A stretch of 64,000 nt of DNA from Candidatus Limnocylindria bacterium (GCA_046715765.1 JBKJYH010000143.1:4584-68583); one strand, 5' to 3'; shown: positions 1 through 10,756, counted from the first letter of the stretch. Translations and numbers: made by a program. The notes: generated by a model from the sequence alone, not told the origin.

Positions 1-1
1 C

Positions 2-295
2 GGGGCAAGCCAGGCCTACCTGCTCACGCGCGATGCCGACGCGCCCCGGATCATCGGGCGCGATGACGCCGCGCAGTTAGGCCGCCACGGATTGCTGGTC
101 GCACCGGCGGAGCTGGCGGCCGCGTTCAACCTGCCCACCAGCCGTCCCCCCGTTCGAGCTGCTGAGGCAATCGGCCGGTTGGCGGCGAAGCGGCTGATGG
201 CCGAGCCAACGGGCGACGACCTGGCGCGCCTGGAGCCGATCTACCTGATGGCGCCACGTGGACTCGCCGCCGACCCGCGCGGAGGCGCCCGGTGA
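2..295 (+). CDS. tsaB: tRNA threonylcarbamoyladenosine biosynthesis protein TsaB (inactive Kae1 paralog), 5' partial
   Basis: Frame-2 reading frame is open from the window edge to TGA at 293-295. It sits immediately upstream of rimI and tsaD, the classic tsaB-rimI-tsaD order. The C-terminal residues are consistent with a TsaB/YeaZ C-terminus. Confidence 0.55.
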   Translation, partial: GASQAYLLTRDADAPRIIGRDDAAQLGRHGLLVAPAELAAAFNLPTSRPPVRAAEAIGRLAAKRLMAEPTGDDLARLEPIYLMAPRGLAADPRGGAR

Positions 296-813
296 CGGTC
301 CGGTCGGCGTTGCTCATCGAGCCGATGCGGCTTGCCGACGTGGCAGCTGTGCACGAGGTCGAACGCCTCAGCTTCAGGACCCCGTGGCCGGTCTTCGCCT
401 TCGAACAGGAGCTGACCGGCAACCGATTGGCACGCTACCTGGTGGCCCGCAGCGGTGATCGGCTGGTCGGGTTCGGCGGGATCTGGCTTATCGTGGACGA
501 GGCCCACATCACTACCTTCGGGGTGCATCCCGACTGGAGGCGGCGGGGGATCGGGCGGCGCCTGCTGCTTGCCCTGCTCGAGTTGTCGATCGAGCTCGAC
601 GCGACGCGGATGACCCTCGAGGTGCGCGCCTCGAACAGGCCGGCGCAGGCCCTGTATCGGTCCTTTGGTTTTCGCGCCGCCGGCCGACGGCTGGCCTACT
701 ACGCCGATGACGGGGAGGACGCCCTGGTGATGACCACGCCGAGCCTGCGCAGCGCCTCCATGACAACGCTCCTCCACGCCGAACCCACATTCGCCGCGAG
801 GGGCGAGGGCTGA
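292..813 (+). CDS. rimI: ribosomal-protein-alanine N-acetyltransferase (GNAT)
   Basis: 173 aa with a GNAT acetyl-CoA motif (RRRGIGRRLL) and RimI-like N-terminus. The GTG start overlaps the tsaB stop (GTGA), and the stop overlaps the tsaD start (TGATG). Confidence 0.8.
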   Translation: MTVRSALLIEPMRLADVAAVHEVERLSFRTPWPVFAFEQELTGNRLARYLVARSGDRLVGFGGIWLIVDEAHITTFGVHPDWRRRGIGRRLLLALLELSIELDATRMTLEVRASNRPAQALYRSFGFRAAGRRLAYYADDGEDALVMTTPSLRSASMTTLLHAEPTFAARGEG

Positions 814-1856
814 TGTCCGGACCACGGATCCTGGCCATCGAGACCAGCTGCGATGAGACCGGGGTCGCCATCGTGCAGGGCGGACGCCGGATCCTGGCCA
901 ACCAGCTGGCCACCCAGATCGCGATCCACGCGGGGACCGGCGGGATCGTGCCCGAAGTAGCGGCGCGCGAGCAGTTGCGCTGGATCGTGCCGGTGATCGA
1001 GGCGGCCATGCGCGAGGCGACGCTCGGCTGGAGCGACCTCGACGCAGTCGCCGTCACCCACGGCCCAGGGCTGGTCGGCTCGCTGTTGGTCGGGGTGAGC
1101 GTGGCCAAGGCGCTGGCCGCGACCCTCGATCTGCCCCTGGTCGGGGTCAACCACATCGAGGGGCACATCTACGCCAACTGGCTGGCCGAGGTTCCAGCGG
1201 ACATGCCGCTTCCAGCGGAGCCGCCCTTCCCGCTACTCTGCCTGGTCGTCAGCGGGGGACACACCCAACTCGTGCTGATGGAGGACCACGGCCGCTATCG
1301 CCTGTTGGGACAGACGGTCGATGATGCTGCGGGCGAAGCATTCGACAAGGTGGGACGGCTCCTGGGCCTGCCGTATCCGGGCGGCCCGGCGATTGCCGCC
1401 GCCGCGGCCGGCGCGCGGCCGGCGACTCGCTTCCCGAGGGCCCGACTGGCCGGGGCGTACGACTTCTCGTTTTCCGGATTGAAGACCGCCGTCTTGCGCG
1501 AGGTCTCCGGCTATCGCGAGCGGGGCGAGCCGATCCCGGTGGATGGCCTGGCGGCCGCGTTCGAGGAGGCGGTCGTGGACGCCCTCGCCAGCAAGACCGT
1601 GGCGGCGGCCGAGGAATTCGACGTGGCGGCGGTCGCGATCGGCGGGGGTGTGGCCGCCAACCGGTCGCTGCGCGTAGCGCTCGGCGACCGGCTCGCCGGA
1701 GTGGGGCGCCGCCAGCTGGTGCCGCCTGTCGCGTGGTGCACCGACAACGGGGCGATGATCGGCGCCGCCGCCGGATATCGATTCGGCGCGGGCGCGCGCG
1801 CCGACCTGGGCCTCGAGGCGATCCCCAACCTGGCCCTGGACTGGCAGGCCGGATGA
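813..1856 (+). CDS. tsaD: tRNA N6-adenosine threonylcarbamoyltransferase TsaD (Kae1/Gcp)
   Basis: 347 aa. N-terminus ILAIETSCDETGVAIV, plus HIEGH and GGVAAN motifs typical of the Gcp/Kae1 family. Confidence 0.9.
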   Translation: MSGPRILAIETSCDETGVAIVQGGRRILANQLATQIAIHAGTGGIVPEVAAREQLRWIVPVIEAAMREATLGWSDLDAVAVTHGPGLVGSLLVGVSVAKALAATLDLPLVGVNHIEGHIYANWLAEVPADMPLPAEPPFPLLCLVVSGGHTQLVLMEDHGRYRLLGQTVDDAAGEAFDKVGRLLGLPYPGGPAIAAAAAGARPATRFPRARLAGAYDFSFSGLKTAVLREVSGYRERGEPIPVDGLAAAFEEAVVDALASKTVAAAEEFDVAAVAIGGGVAANRSLRVALGDRLAGVGRRQLVPPVAWCTDNGAMIGAAAGYRFGAGARADLGLEAIPNLALDWQAG

Positions 1857-2725
1857 CCGATCCGCCCGGTGCTGAACAACTCGCCCCGCTCACTCCGGGG
1901 CGCCTCCGGCGCCTCCTTGCGACCGAGCACCTGTACCCGCGCAAGTCGCTCAGCCAGAACTTCCTGACCGATGCGGGAGTCCTCGACGACATCCTCGCCG
2001 CCGCGGACCTGCACCCGGGCGAGGCCGTGGTCGAGATCGGACCGGGGCTGGGTGTCCTGACCCGCCGCCTGCTTGCGGCCGGCGCCCGGGTCCTGGCGGT
2101 GGAGCTCGATCCCCGGCTGGCGGCCTACCTGCGCGGGGAACTGGTCGGGATCCCAGCCTTCGAATTGCGCGAGGCGGACGCGCTGACGGTGGACCCCGAT
2201 GCCTGCTTCCCGGGCGAATCGTTCAAGCTGGTGGCCAACATCCCGTACCACATCACCAGTCCCTTGCTGCACCGGTTCCTGGGGGCGGCGCGACCGCCGA
2301 CCCGGTCGGTCCTGCTGGTCCAACTCGAGGTCGCACAACGCGTTGCCGCCGCGCCCGGCCAGATGAGCTACCTGTCCGTCTTCGTCCAGAACATCGCCGA
2401 CGCCGCGCTCCAACGCCGCGTTTCGGCGGAAGCCTTCGAGCCCACACCCGCGGTGGACTCTGCCGTGCTGCGACTCGACCTGAGGGAATCGCCGGCGGTC
2501 GCGCCGGGGCCACGCCGCGAGGCCTTTCATCGCTTGGTCCAGGCCGGGTTCCGGCAGCGCCGCAAGCAGCTCCACAACGCACTCGGTCGGGAGCTCCCCC
2601 TCAGCGCAGCCGAGGTCGGTGAGGCGTTGGGCGGCTGCGCCATCGATCCCGAGCGCCGCGCACAGACTCTCAGCCTGGGTGAGTGGGCGTGCCTCGCCGA
2701 GCGGCTGCACGACCGACTCGAATGA
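1853..2725 (+). CDS. rsmA: 16S rRNA (adenine1518/1519-N6)-dimethyltransferase
   Basis: ATG at 1853 overlaps the tsaD stop (ATGA). SAM-binding motif VVEIGPGLGVLT and KsgA motifs NIPYHITSP and LSQNFL are present. The longer ORF-track call from 1733 is an upstream read-through. Confidence 0.9.
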   Translation: MTDPPGAEQLAPLTPGRLRRLLATEHLYPRKSLSQNFLTDAGVLDDILAAADLHPGEAVVEIGPGLGVLTRRLLAAGARVLAVELDPRLAAYLRGELVGIPAFELREADALTVDPDACFPGESFKLVANIPYHITSPLLHRFLGAARPPTRSVLLVQLEVAQRVAAAPGQMSYLSVFVQNIADAALQRRVSAEAFEPTPAVDSAVLRLDLRESPAVAPGPRREAFHRLVQAGFRQRRKQLHNALGRELPLSAAEVGEALGGCAIDPERRAQTLSLGEWACLAERLHDRLE

Positions 2726-3597
2726 CTCCGCTGCTCCTCGACGCTCAGGCCAAGCTCAACCTGTCGCTGGCGGTGGTCGGCCGCCGGGCCGATGGATTCC
2801 ATCTGCTCGACAGCATCCTGGTCCTGCTCGACCTGGCGGATCGGCTGCTGCTCGCGCCTGGCAGTCCCGGGCTGCGGGTGGAGACCGCATCGACAATCGA
2901 CTCCGGCGACGTCCCGCCCCAGCCCGAGCGCAACCTGGCCTGGCGCGGGCTGCTGGCCGGGCTGGGGGGACAGCCCGCCACGGCGTTCCTCAGCCTGCAC
3001 AAGCAGATTCCATCGGGGGCCGGGCTGGGTGGGGGATCCTCCGATGCGGCCGCCGGCTACCGGCTGGGGCGTTCCTGGTCGGGGACTGCCACCGACCCGA
3101 CCGGCGCGGAGTGCGCGGCGCTGTCGGTGATCGGGGCGGATGTGCCGTTCTTCGCCTCGCTGCTGCTGGCGGCGCGGGTCCGCGGGATCGGTGAACGGGT
3201 AGAGGCCGTTCCGCAGCCTTCGCCAAGCTCCGCGGTGCTTGTCGTGCCTCCGTTCCGCCTAGCCACTGGGGCGGTTTACGCCGAATTGCGACCGGGCGAC
3301 TGGAGCGCGGATCCGCACGAGTCAGCCGGGGCGGGGCGGAACGACCTCCTGGCGCCGGCGCGCAGGCTGCGCCCCGAACTCGACGACCTGTTTCGCGCGG
3401 TTCGTGGCGCGGGCGGCGAGCCACGACTGACCGGTAGCGGGCCTACCGTCTTCAGCCTCGTCGACGACCCGGCACGGGCCGACGCGCTCGCCGCACGTCT
3501 CGCCGCGGACGGGCTCATGGTGATCCACACCCGCCTCGCCACGCAAGCGGCTAGGATTGCGACTCTGGTGGAGGAGCAGGAGGGTCTGAACGGATGA
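2722..3597 (+). CDS. ispE: 4-diphosphocytidyl-2-C-methyl-D-erythritol kinase
   Basis: ATG at 2722 overlaps the rsmA stop (ATGA). N-terminal AKLNLSL and the GHMP-kinase glycine-rich loop PSGAGLGGGSSDAAA are present. Confidence 0.8.
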   Translation: MTPLLLDAQAKLNLSLAVVGRRADGFHLLDSILVLLDLADRLLLAPGSPGLRVETASTIDSGDVPPQPERNLAWRGLLAGLGGQPATAFLSLHKQIPSGAGLGGGSSDAAAGYRLGRSWSGTATDPTGAECAALSVIGADVPFFASLLLAARVRGIGERVEAVPQPSPSSAVLVVPPFRLATGAVYAELRPGDWSADPHESAGAGRNDLLAPARRLRPELDDLFRAVRGAGGEPRLTGSGPTVFSLVDDPARADALAARLAADGLMVIHTRLATQAARIATLVEEQEGLNG

Positions 3598-3992
3598 CCG
3601 AACGTCAGCCGATCCGGATCGAAGGCGGTCCGCGCAGCGTGGCCCCGTACTCGATCGGCATGCGGTTCGGGTCGCTCCTCTTCACCGCGGGGCAGATCGG
3701 CCTCGATCCGCAGGATGGGCGACTGGTGCCGGGTGGCGCGGCGGCGGAGGCGGAGATGGCGCTCAGCAACCTGCAGGCCATCCTGGAAGCCGGCGGATCC
3801 GGATTCGACCGGGTCCTGCGCACCGGGATCTTCCTCATCTCGATGGACGATTTCGCCGCGGTCAACGAGGTCTATGCCAGGCGCATGCCTGAGCCGTTTC
3901 CGGCCCGCACCACGGTCGCGGTGAGCGCTTTGCCGCTGGGTGCCCGAGTGGAGATCGAGATGACGGCCGCGGTCGAGCCAAAGGACGCATGA
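3594..3992 (+). CDS. RidA/YjgF family reactive-intermediate deaminase
   Basis: 132 aa. YjgF/chorismate-mutase-like family signature (APYSIG, RTTVAVSALPLGARVEIE). The start overlaps the ispE stop. Confidence 0.8.
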   Translation: MTERQPIRIEGGPRSVAPYSIGMRFGSLLFTAGQIGLDPQDGRLVPGGAAAEAEMALSNLQAILEAGGSGFDRVLRTGIFLISMDDFAAVNEVYARRMPEPFPARTTVAVSALPLGARVEIEMTAAVEPKDA

Positions 3993-5356
3993 CCGATCTG
4001 GCCGCCATTGTGCTGGCCGCAGGCGGCGGCACCCGGATGCACTCGAACCTGCCCAAGGTCCTCCACCCGCTGGCGGGACGACCGATGATCGACCACGTGA
4101 TCGCCACCCTGGAGCAGTTGGGCGTCACCGACCTGGTGGTCGTGACTGGCTCCGGCGCAGACCAGGTCGAGGCCGCGCTCGACGGTCGCGTGGCAACCGT
4201 CCGACAGGAGCCCCAGCGCGGCACCGCCGACGCGGTCCGAGTTGGGCTCGCGGCGATCGCAGCTGGTGCGCGTCGAGTGCTGGTCACCATGGGCGACGTC
4301 CCGCTTGTTTCGTCGTCGTTGCTCGGGTCGCTGGCAGCCGCCACCGCGCAGGACGCGGTCGTCTCACTGCTCAGCGCCCGGATGCCCGATCCGACCGGCT
4401 ACGGCAGGATCGAGCGCGACGCGGACGGATCGCTGCGAGCCATCGTCGAGGAGGCCGACGCCGATGCGGCCACCCGGGCGATCGACGAGGTGAACGCGGG
4501 GACGTACTGCTTCGACGCGGCCTGGCTTCGCGACAACCTGGGCCGCGTCCCAGTCTCGGCGTCGGGCGAGCTGTACCTCACCGACATGGTGGAAATCGCC
4601 ATTGCGGACGGGCTTCGGGTGGCGGTGGTACAGGCCACGCAGCCCGAACTTGCGCTGGGGATCAATGACCGGGTCGGGTTGGCCGCGGCGGAGCGGTGGC
4701 TGCGCCGGCAGGTCGCGGAGCGCCACATGCGTGCCGGCGTCACGATCGTGGACCCCGACAGCACCTTCATCGATCTCGCCGTTGAGATCGGGCGTGACGC
4801 CCGGATCGAGCCTTGGACGATCCTTGCCGGTTCGACCGTCATCGGGCCCGGTGCCGTGATCGGACCGCATTCCCAGGTGAACGGGAGCCGGATCGGCGCG
4901 CGCAGCCGGGTCTGGTCGAGCGTCGTGGAGGAGTCGAGCGTGGACGAGGAGGTCGAGATCGGGCCCTTCGCCCACCTGCGGCCGGGCTGCCAGATCGGAG
5001 CCAGATCCCGGATCGGCAATTTCGCGGAGCTCAAGCGCACCAGCCTGGGCGCCGATACCCAGGTGCACCATTTCAGTTACCTGGGCGACGCCGCGGTCGG
5101 GGAGCGAGTCAACATCGGGGCCGGCGCGGTGACCGCGAACTTCGACGGGTCCGCCAAGCACCGCACCACCATCGGCGATGGCGCCTTCATCGGCGTCGAC
5201 ACCATGCTCCGCGCCCCGATCACGGTGGGTCCGGGGGCACGCACCGGCGCCGGCGCGGTGGTCACCCGTGACGTGGCGCCGGGGAGCACGGTGGTGGGCA
5301 TGCCGGCCCGTCCGATCGACCTGCGCAAGCACCGGGCATCGGCCGACGGAGCGTGA
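3989..5356 (+). CDS. glmU: bifunctional UDP-GlcNAc pyrophosphorylase / GlcN-1-P N-acetyltransferase
   Basis: 455 aa. N-terminal nucleotidyltransferase motif LAAGGGTRM, and C-terminal left-handed beta-helix hexapeptide repeats. Confidence 0.9.
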   Translation: MTDLAAIVLAAGGGTRMHSNLPKVLHPLAGRPMIDHVIATLEQLGVTDLVVVTGSGADQVEAALDGRVATVRQEPQRGTADAVRVGLAAIAAGARRVLVTMGDVPLVSSSLLGSLAAATAQDAVVSLLSARMPDPTGYGRIERDADGSLRAIVEEADADAATRAIDEVNAGTYCFDAAWLRDNLGRVPVSASGELYLTDMVEIAIADGLRVAVVQATQPELALGINDRVGLAAAERWLRRQVAERHMRAGVTIVDPDSTFIDLAVEIGRDARIEPWTILAGSTVIGPGAVIGPHSQVNGSRIGARSRVWSSVVEESSVDEEVEIGPFAHLRPGCQIGARSRIGNFAELKRTSLGADTQVHHFSYLGDAAVGERVNIGAGAVTANFDGSAKHRTTIGDGAFIGVDTMLRAPITVGPGARTGAGAVVTRDVAPGSTVVGMPARPIDLRKHRASADGA

Positions 5357-5376
5357 GCTGACCTGGTGATCCCCTG

Positions 5377-6729
5377 ATGGAACTGTTACTGGTTGCGGTC
5401 CTGATCCTGATCGGCGGCTTCTTCGCCGCGGCAGAGATCGCGCTGATCACGGTCAAGCGTCACCGCCTGACCCAACTTATCGGCGAGGGACGCCAATCGG
5501 CACGCATTGCCCAGCGCCTGACCGAGGATCCCGGCCGCTTCCTCGCCACCATCCAGGTCGCGATCACCTTCCTCGGGTTCCTGGCTTCGGCGATCGGTGC
5601 GGTGTCGCTGTCAGGGTCGCTCGCGACGCTGGTGCGCGGCATCCCGCTGGAGGCGGTCCAGGGAGCGGCCAACGAGATCGCCTTCGTGCTGGTCACCCTG
5701 GTGATCGCGCTGGTCTCGATCACGGTCGGCGAGCTGGTGCCCAAGACGCTGGCCCTCACCTTCGCGGAACGCTTCGCCCTGGCGGTGGCGCGCCCGATCA
5801 GCTGGCTCTCCGGCCTGTTGCGCCCGGTGGTCTGGCTCGTGTCGTCGATCTCCAACGTGCTCGTGCGCGCGCTCGGCGGTCGCGAGCGGCCGCAGGGCGG
5901 CTACCTCTCCACGGAGGAGTTGAAGATCCTGGTCGAGACCGGCAGCGAGGCCGGCTCGATCGAGGAGGGCGAGAAGGAAATGATCCACGGCGTCATCGAA
6001 CTCTCCGAGCTCCGCGTCCACGAGGTGATGGTGCCGCGCATCGGGATCCGCGCGGTGGAGGTCAATGACCCGATCGACGACGTCCTCGACGTGGTGGTCC
6101 GAGCCGGCCATTCGCGGGTGCCCGTCTTCGACGGGACGATCGACAACATCGTGGGGATCCTGTATGCCAAGGACCTGCTGCCGTACCTGAAGCGTGCCGA
6201 GGGCACTCCCGCGATTGACGTTCGGGCGATGGCTCGACCGGCGATCTACGTCCCCGAGAGCAAGGCGGTCGACGAGTTGTTGCGCGAGATGCAGGCCGCC
6301 AAGCGCCACATGGCGATCGTGGTGGACGAATACGGCGGCACCGCCGGCCTGGTCACGCTCGAAGACGTGGTCGAGGAGATCGTGGGCGAGATCCAGGACG
6401 AGTACGACGTCGAGCAGCCGCTGGTCGAGCCGGCAGTCATCGAGGAGCAGCTGGCCTTCCGAGTCGACGGCCGGGTGAGCATCGACGACCTGCGCGACCT
6501 GTTCGACCTCTCCGACAACGAAGAGGAGGACGAGGAGGCCTACGACACGGTCGGTGGCCTGATCGTGCACCGCTTCGGGCGGATTCCACTTCCCGGTGCC
6601 GAGGTCGTCTTCCGAGGGGTCACCCTGCTGGTCGAGGCGGCCGATCCGCGGCGGGTGGCCAAGGTGCTGGCCAGTCGCCCGCTGCACGCGCCGGCCGATC
6701 CCGACAAAGAGGACGACGGCGAAGGCTGA
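5377..6729 (+). CDS. CNNM/CorC-HlyC family transporter (DUF21 + tandem CBS + CorC_HlyC domain)
   Basis: 450 aa with four N-terminal TM helices (DUF21), CBS pair region, and a transporter-associated C-terminal domain. It has an acidic tail. Confidence 0.85.
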   Translation: MELLLVAVLILIGGFFAAAEIALITVKRHRLTQLIGEGRQSARIAQRLTEDPGRFLATIQVAITFLGFLASAIGAVSLSGSLATLVRGIPLEAVQGAANEIAFVLVTLVIALVSITVGELVPKTLALTFAERFALAVARPISWLSGLLRPVVWLVSSISNVLVRALGGRERPQGGYLSTEELKILVETGSEAGSIEEGEKEMIHGVIELSELRVHEVMVPRIGIRAVEVNDPIDDVLDVVVRAGHSRVPVFDGTIDNIVGILYAKDLLPYLKRAEGTPAIDVRAMARPAIYVPESKAVDELLREMQAAKRHMAIVVDEYGGTAGLVTLEDVVEEIVGEIQDEYDVEQPLVEPAVIEEQLAFRVDGRVSIDDLRDLFDLSDNEEEDEEAYDTVGGLIVHRFGRIPLPGAEVVFRGVTLLVEAADPRRVAKVLASRPLHAPADPDKEDDGEG

Positions 6730-6749
6730 CCGTCCGATCTCTCTTCTTC

Positions 6750-7805
6750 TCAGACCGCGATGACCGTCTCCACAAAGGCCCGCAGCACGCCGCGCCGATC
6801 GTCCTCGACTGGCAGGCCATCCACGTCTGCAAGCGCGGCGTCGCGCAGCCGTCGAGCCTCCCCCAGGCAATGGTCCCGCGCTCCGCAGCGCTCGAAGATG
6901 GCGAGGACTTCGCGAACCTCATCGGGTGCCACCAGGCGATCGACGTCGGGCGGCAGGCTCCCGTCGGTGGCGAGAATGGCGGGCTGGTAGATCTCGGCCA
7001 GGCGCGCCCGGTCGCCAGCCCCGGCGTTGGCCAGCGCCCAGATGACCGGCAGCGTCTTCTTCCGGTGCCGAATATCGCCAGCCTCGCCCTTACCCAGTTC
7101 CTCGCTGCTCCAGAACGAGCCCTTCACGTCATCGGCCACCTGGAAGGCCATTCCGAGGTGGTCGCCGAAGCGGCGGAAGGCCGCGACCAGTTCCAGGTCA
7201 TCGGTGCCCATGGTCGCGCCGGCCTCGAGCGAGCCGCCGATCAGGCTGGCCGTCTTGCGCCCGATCATGTCCATGTATTCGTCGACCGTTACGTCCAGCC
7301 GGCGCTCGAAGCTGATGTCCAGGTACTGGCCCTCGCACAGGTCCAGGCAGGTCTGGTCATAGACCCGCATCATGCGCAGCACCTTTGCCGGATCGGTGTC
7401 GGCGTCGACGAGCCGATACAGCGCCAGGCGCGACAGGGCGAACAACGCATCCCCGGCGTTGATGGCCAGCGGCACGCCCCAGATCGCCCACAGCGTGGGA
7501 CGGTGGTGCCGCTCCAGATCGTTGTCCTCGATGTCGTCGTGGACCAGGCTGAAGTTATGCCCGAGTTCGACTGCAGCCGCCCCGGGGAGCGCCTTGCGCC
7601 AGTCCTGGCCCAGGGCCTGCACCGCGAGGAGTCCGAGCAGTGGCCGGATCCGCTTGCCGCGCGGCCCTTCGCGGTCATCCAGGCCGAGGTGGTAGGCGAG
7701 CATTTCGTAGAGCGGCCGGACCGCCCCGTCGTGGGTGCCGAGCACTGACAGCATCTCGTCCTCGATCTCGGTGAGCAGGTCGGTAAACTCGGTCCTGATG
7801 TCCAC
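6750..7805 (-). CDS. polyprenyl diphosphate synthase (trans-isoprenyl diphosphate synthase, GGPP/long-chain type)
   Basis: 351 aa with both aspartate-rich motifs ([10 protein letters not shown] and FQVADDVKG). Confidence 0.85.
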   Translation of the reverse strand: MDIRTEFTDLLTEIEDEMLSVLGTHDGAVRPLYEMLAYHLGLDDREGPRGKRIRPLLGLLAVQALGQDWRKALPGAAAVELGHNFSLVHDDIEDNDLERHHRPTLWAIWGVPLAINAGDALFALSRLALYRLVDADTDPAKVLRMMRVYDQTCLDLCEGQYLDISFERRLDVTVDEYMDMIGRKTASLIGGSLEAGATMGTDDLELVAAFRRFGDHLGMAFQVADDVKGSFWSSEELGKGEAGDIRHRKKTLPVIWALANAGAGDRARLAEIYQPAILATDGSLPPDVDRLVAPDEVREVLAIFERCGARDHCLGEARRLRDAALADVDGLPVEDDRRGVLRAFVETVIAV

Positions 7806-7844
7806 TGCCGAAGGGTACCCGACGCGTCATCGGTCGTTCCGCGA

Positions 7845-8630
7845 GTGAGTCGATCGCGCCTGTACAAGACCGAGGCGATCGTCCTGCGCAGCATGGACCT
7901 GGGCGAGGCCGACCGGGTCCTCACCGTGCTGACCCCGCGCCACGGGAAACTGCGGGTCATCGCCAAGGGGATCCGTCGCCAGCGCTCGCGTATCGGCGGG
8001 GCGCTGGAGCCGTTCAGCGACGTGCAACTCGTCCTCGCCGTGGGACGCACCTTCGACGTCGTGACCCAGTCATCGCTCGAGGACCCGCACCTTGGCCTGC
8101 GCGACGACCTGGGCTCCACCGCGGCCGCCTGGTACCTCGTCGAACTCGCGGACCGATTCTGCGAGGGCAGCGCGGATTCCCACGCCGCCTTCGTTCTGCT
8201 CGCGCAGGCGCTCTCCGCGCTGGATGCCAACCCGGCCGAGGTCTCGCGTGCGGTCGTGGCGCGCTGGTACGAGCTGGCACTCCTGGAGGCGATGGGCTTC
8301 CGTCCCGAGTTGGGGCGCTGCCTGGTCTGCGGTGCCGCGATCGAGCCTGAAGGAAACGGGTTTGCAGCGGTCGCCGGAGGGGTGGTGGGTCACGAATGCC
8401 TGTGGGGTGAGATCCAGGCTCGACCGATCAGTGCAGACGCTCTCAAGGTGTTGCGCCATCTGCAGCGCTCGGCGCTGACCGAGGTGCTTCGGCTGCAATT
8501 GGCTCCGGGGGTCGCCAGCGAGACGGAACGACACCTCCACGACGCCATCTCCTCGGTCCTGGAGCGCGAGTTGCGCAGTCGAGACTTCCTCGACGAGGTC
8601 GCAGGCCGCGAGGCGGCACGCCTGCGCTAG
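7845..8630 (+). CDS. recO: DNA repair protein RecO
   Basis: 261 aa. N-terminal OB fold ([23 protein letters not shown]) and a C4 zinc motif (CLVCG...GHEC). Confidence 0.8.
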   Translation: MSRSRLYKTEAIVLRSMDLGEADRVLTVLTPRHGKLRVIAKGIRRQRSRIGGALEPFSDVQLVLAVGRTFDVVTQSSLEDPHLGLRDDLGSTAAAWYLVELADRFCEGSADSHAAFVLLAQALSALDANPAEVSRAVVARWYELALLEAMGFRPELGRCLVCGAAIEPEGNGFAAVAGGVVGHECLWGEIQARPISADALKVLRHLQRSALTEVLRLQLAPGVASETERHLHDAISSVLERELRSRDFLDEVAGREAARLR

Positions 8631-8656
8631 ACTCGGACCCCGTGCCAGCGCCGAAC

Positions 8657-10006
8657 ATGGACGTCATCGTCAGCCTCGCCAAGCGGCGGGGCTTCATCTT
8701 CCCGTCGAGCGAGATCTACGGCGGGATCGGCGGCTTCTGGGACTACGGGCCGCTTGGCGTCGAGCTGAAGAACAACGTCAAGGCGGCGTGGTGGCGCGCG
8801 ATGGTCCAGCTCCGCGACGACATCGTCGGACTCGACGCCGCGATCGTCATGAATCCGCGGGTCTGGGAGGCATCCGGCCACGTGGCCGGCTTCAGCGACC
8901 CGATGGTCGACTGTCGCAGTTGCAAGCACCGATTCCGCGCCGACGACCTGAAGGGGCCCCCATCTGAGATCGCGTGCCCCGACTGTGGCCAGCGCGGCAC
9001 GCTCACCGAGGCGCGCCAGTTCAACCTGATGTTCCGCACCTACGTCGGCCCGGTCGAGGAGACGGCATCGGTCGCCTATCTGCGCCCCGAAACGGCCCAG
9101 GGCATCTTCGTCAACTTCGACAACGTCGCGACCAGCCAGCGACGCCGGCTCCCGTTCGGGATCGCCCAGATCGGGAAGAGCTTCCGCAACGAGATCACCC
9201 CGGGCAATTTCATCTTCCGCCTGCGTGAGTTCGAGCAGATGGAGATGGAGTACTTCGTCCCGCCCGCCGACGAGGACCGCTGGTTCGGCTACTGGGTCGA
9301 CGAACGGATGCGCTGGTGGACCGATGCAATGGGGATCGCCGCGGATCGCCTTCGGCTGCGCCCGCACGACGCAGATGAGTTGAGCCACTACAGCCGCCAG
9401 ACCACCGACATCGAATACCAGTTCCCGATGGGCTGGTCCGAGCTCGAGGGCGTCGCCGACCGGACCGATTTCGACTTGCAGGCGCACGCCGCCGCGTCGG
9501 GCAAATCGTTGAGCGTGTTCGACGAGGCAACCGTGGAGCACGTGGTGCCCTACGTGATCGAGCCGGCGATGGGGGTGGATCGCGCAGTCCTGGCCGCGCT
9601 GCTGGACGGCTACTCCGAGGAACAGGTCGCCGGCGAGAAGCGGGTCGTACTCCGTCTGCGGCCCTCGCTGGCCCCGATCAAGGTCGCAGTCCTCCCGCTC
9701 CTGCGAAACCGCCCCGAGCTGGTGGAACGGGCGCGGGCTCTGACCGCGGACCTCAAGTCCCGCATGACGGCGACCTACGACGACACGGCCTCGATCGGCA
9801 AGCTCTACCGGCGCCAGGACGAGATCGGGACGCCCTACTGCGTGACCGTCGATGTGGAATCCCTGACCGATGGCGCGGCCACCATCCGGGAGCGCGACAG
9901 CATGACCCAGGAGCGAGTGGCGCTGGATGCGGTCGTCGAGCGGCTCTCCGCACTCCTGGCGGGGAAGGCTGCCTGGGCCGGCGTTCCCCGCGATTCGAAC
10001 GATTAG
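8657..10006 (+). CDS. glyQS: glycine--tRNA ligase (homodimeric class II type)
   Basis: N-terminus MDVIVSLAKRRGFIFPSSEIYGG is typical of GlyRS, with class II motifs. The ATG at 8657 is preferred over the upstream GTG at 8642. Confidence 0.9.
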   Translation: MDVIVSLAKRRGFIFPSSEIYGGIGGFWDYGPLGVELKNNVKAAWWRAMVQLRDDIVGLDAAIVMNPRVWEASGHVAGFSDPMVDCRSCKHRFRADDLKGPPSEIACPDCGQRGTLTEARQFNLMFRTYVGPVEETASVAYLRPETAQGIFVNFDNVATSQRRRLPFGIAQIGKSFRNEITPGNFIFRLREFEQMEMEYFVPPADEDRWFGYWVDERMRWWTDAMGIAADRLRLRPHDADELSHYSRQTTDIEYQFPMGWSELEGVADRTDFDLQAHAAASGKSLSVFDEATVEHVVPYVIEPAMGVDRAVLAALLDGYSEEQVAGEKRVVLRLRPSLAPIKVAVLPLLRNRPELVERARALTADLKSRMTATYDDTASIGKLYRRQDEIGTPYCVTVDVESLTDGAATIRERDSMTQERVALDAVVERLSALLAGKAAWAGVPRDSND

Positions 10007-10033
10007 AGCGCGCGAGCCGTCCGCGGTGGACCC

Positions 10034-10756
10034 GTGACCAACCTTGCCGGAGGCGATGTCCATGATGCAGTCGCGTCAGCGACGGCCCGACTCGCGGAGC
10101 GGCCAGGTGACGACGCCGCGCACGAGGAGCGAGCTCGCGCCTACGTTGCGCTCGGTCGTCTCGGCGAAGCCGAGGCCGATGCCGATGCCGCGGTTCGCCT
10201 GGACCCCGACGAGGTTCGATACCGAGAGCTCCTCGCCGAAATCCTGTCGGCGCGTGGCTTGCATCGGGACTCAGCGGTGGAGTACGGCCGCCTGGCTGAC
10301 CGCGATCCGCGGCAACCGGCCTGGATTCGCGCCGCGGCCGTGGAGCGCTTGGCCGCCGGGGAACCCGAGGAGGCGGTCGAATCTGCCCGGCAAGCCCTCC
10401 GCCTTCACTCGGCTGATCCCGCGGCCCAACTGACGCTTACTCGCGGCCTCGTCGCTCTCAGGAACGCCCGCCAGGCGCTGGTCGCCGCCGGGCAGCTTGC
10501 CGAGTTGCTTCCGGGGGATCCGGACGCTCGCGAGGCGTGGGCCGACGCCCACGCCCTGGCCGGCCTGGCCAGCCCGGCGTTCGCCGAGTACGCGGCACTT
10601 GCGCATGACCTGCCTCCATCGGACCCGAGGCGTGCGTCGGTCGAGACCAAGGCCCGGGCCCTGTATCGGGCCGACCCGAGTCGCCGCCGTTGGCTGGCCG
10701 CGCTCCCCTGGCTCTTCGGGGCGCTCTTCCGGGCGGGGCGGTTGCGCCTGTCGTAG
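10034..10756 (+). CDS. tetratricopeptide-repeat protein
   Basis: 240 aa, Ala/Leu-rich TPR-like repeats. The frame is supported by high GC3, but the start is uncertain. Confidence 0.5.
   Translation: MTNLAGGDVHDAVASATARLAERPGDDAAHEERARAYVALGRLGEAEADADAAVRLDPDEVRYRELLAEILSARGLHRDSAVEYGRLADRDPRQPAWIRAAAVERLAAGEPEEAVESARQALRLHSADPAAQLTLTRGLVALRNARQALVAAGQLAELLPGDPDAREAWADAHALAGLASPAFAEYAALAHDLPPSDPRRASVETKARALYRADPSRRRWLAALPWLFGALFRAGRLRLS

Noticed and set aside
1511-2710. Long antisense ORFs (e.g. 1511-2710, 5611-6870, 8627-10063, 10458-12176, 15182-16744, 16897-18228, 27031-28479, 29213-30868)
   Set aside because: They overlap well-supported conserved genes on the opposite strand and encode Arg/Pro/Gly-rich low-complexity proteins. 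They are typical stop-codon-poor artefacts of about 70% GC DNA.
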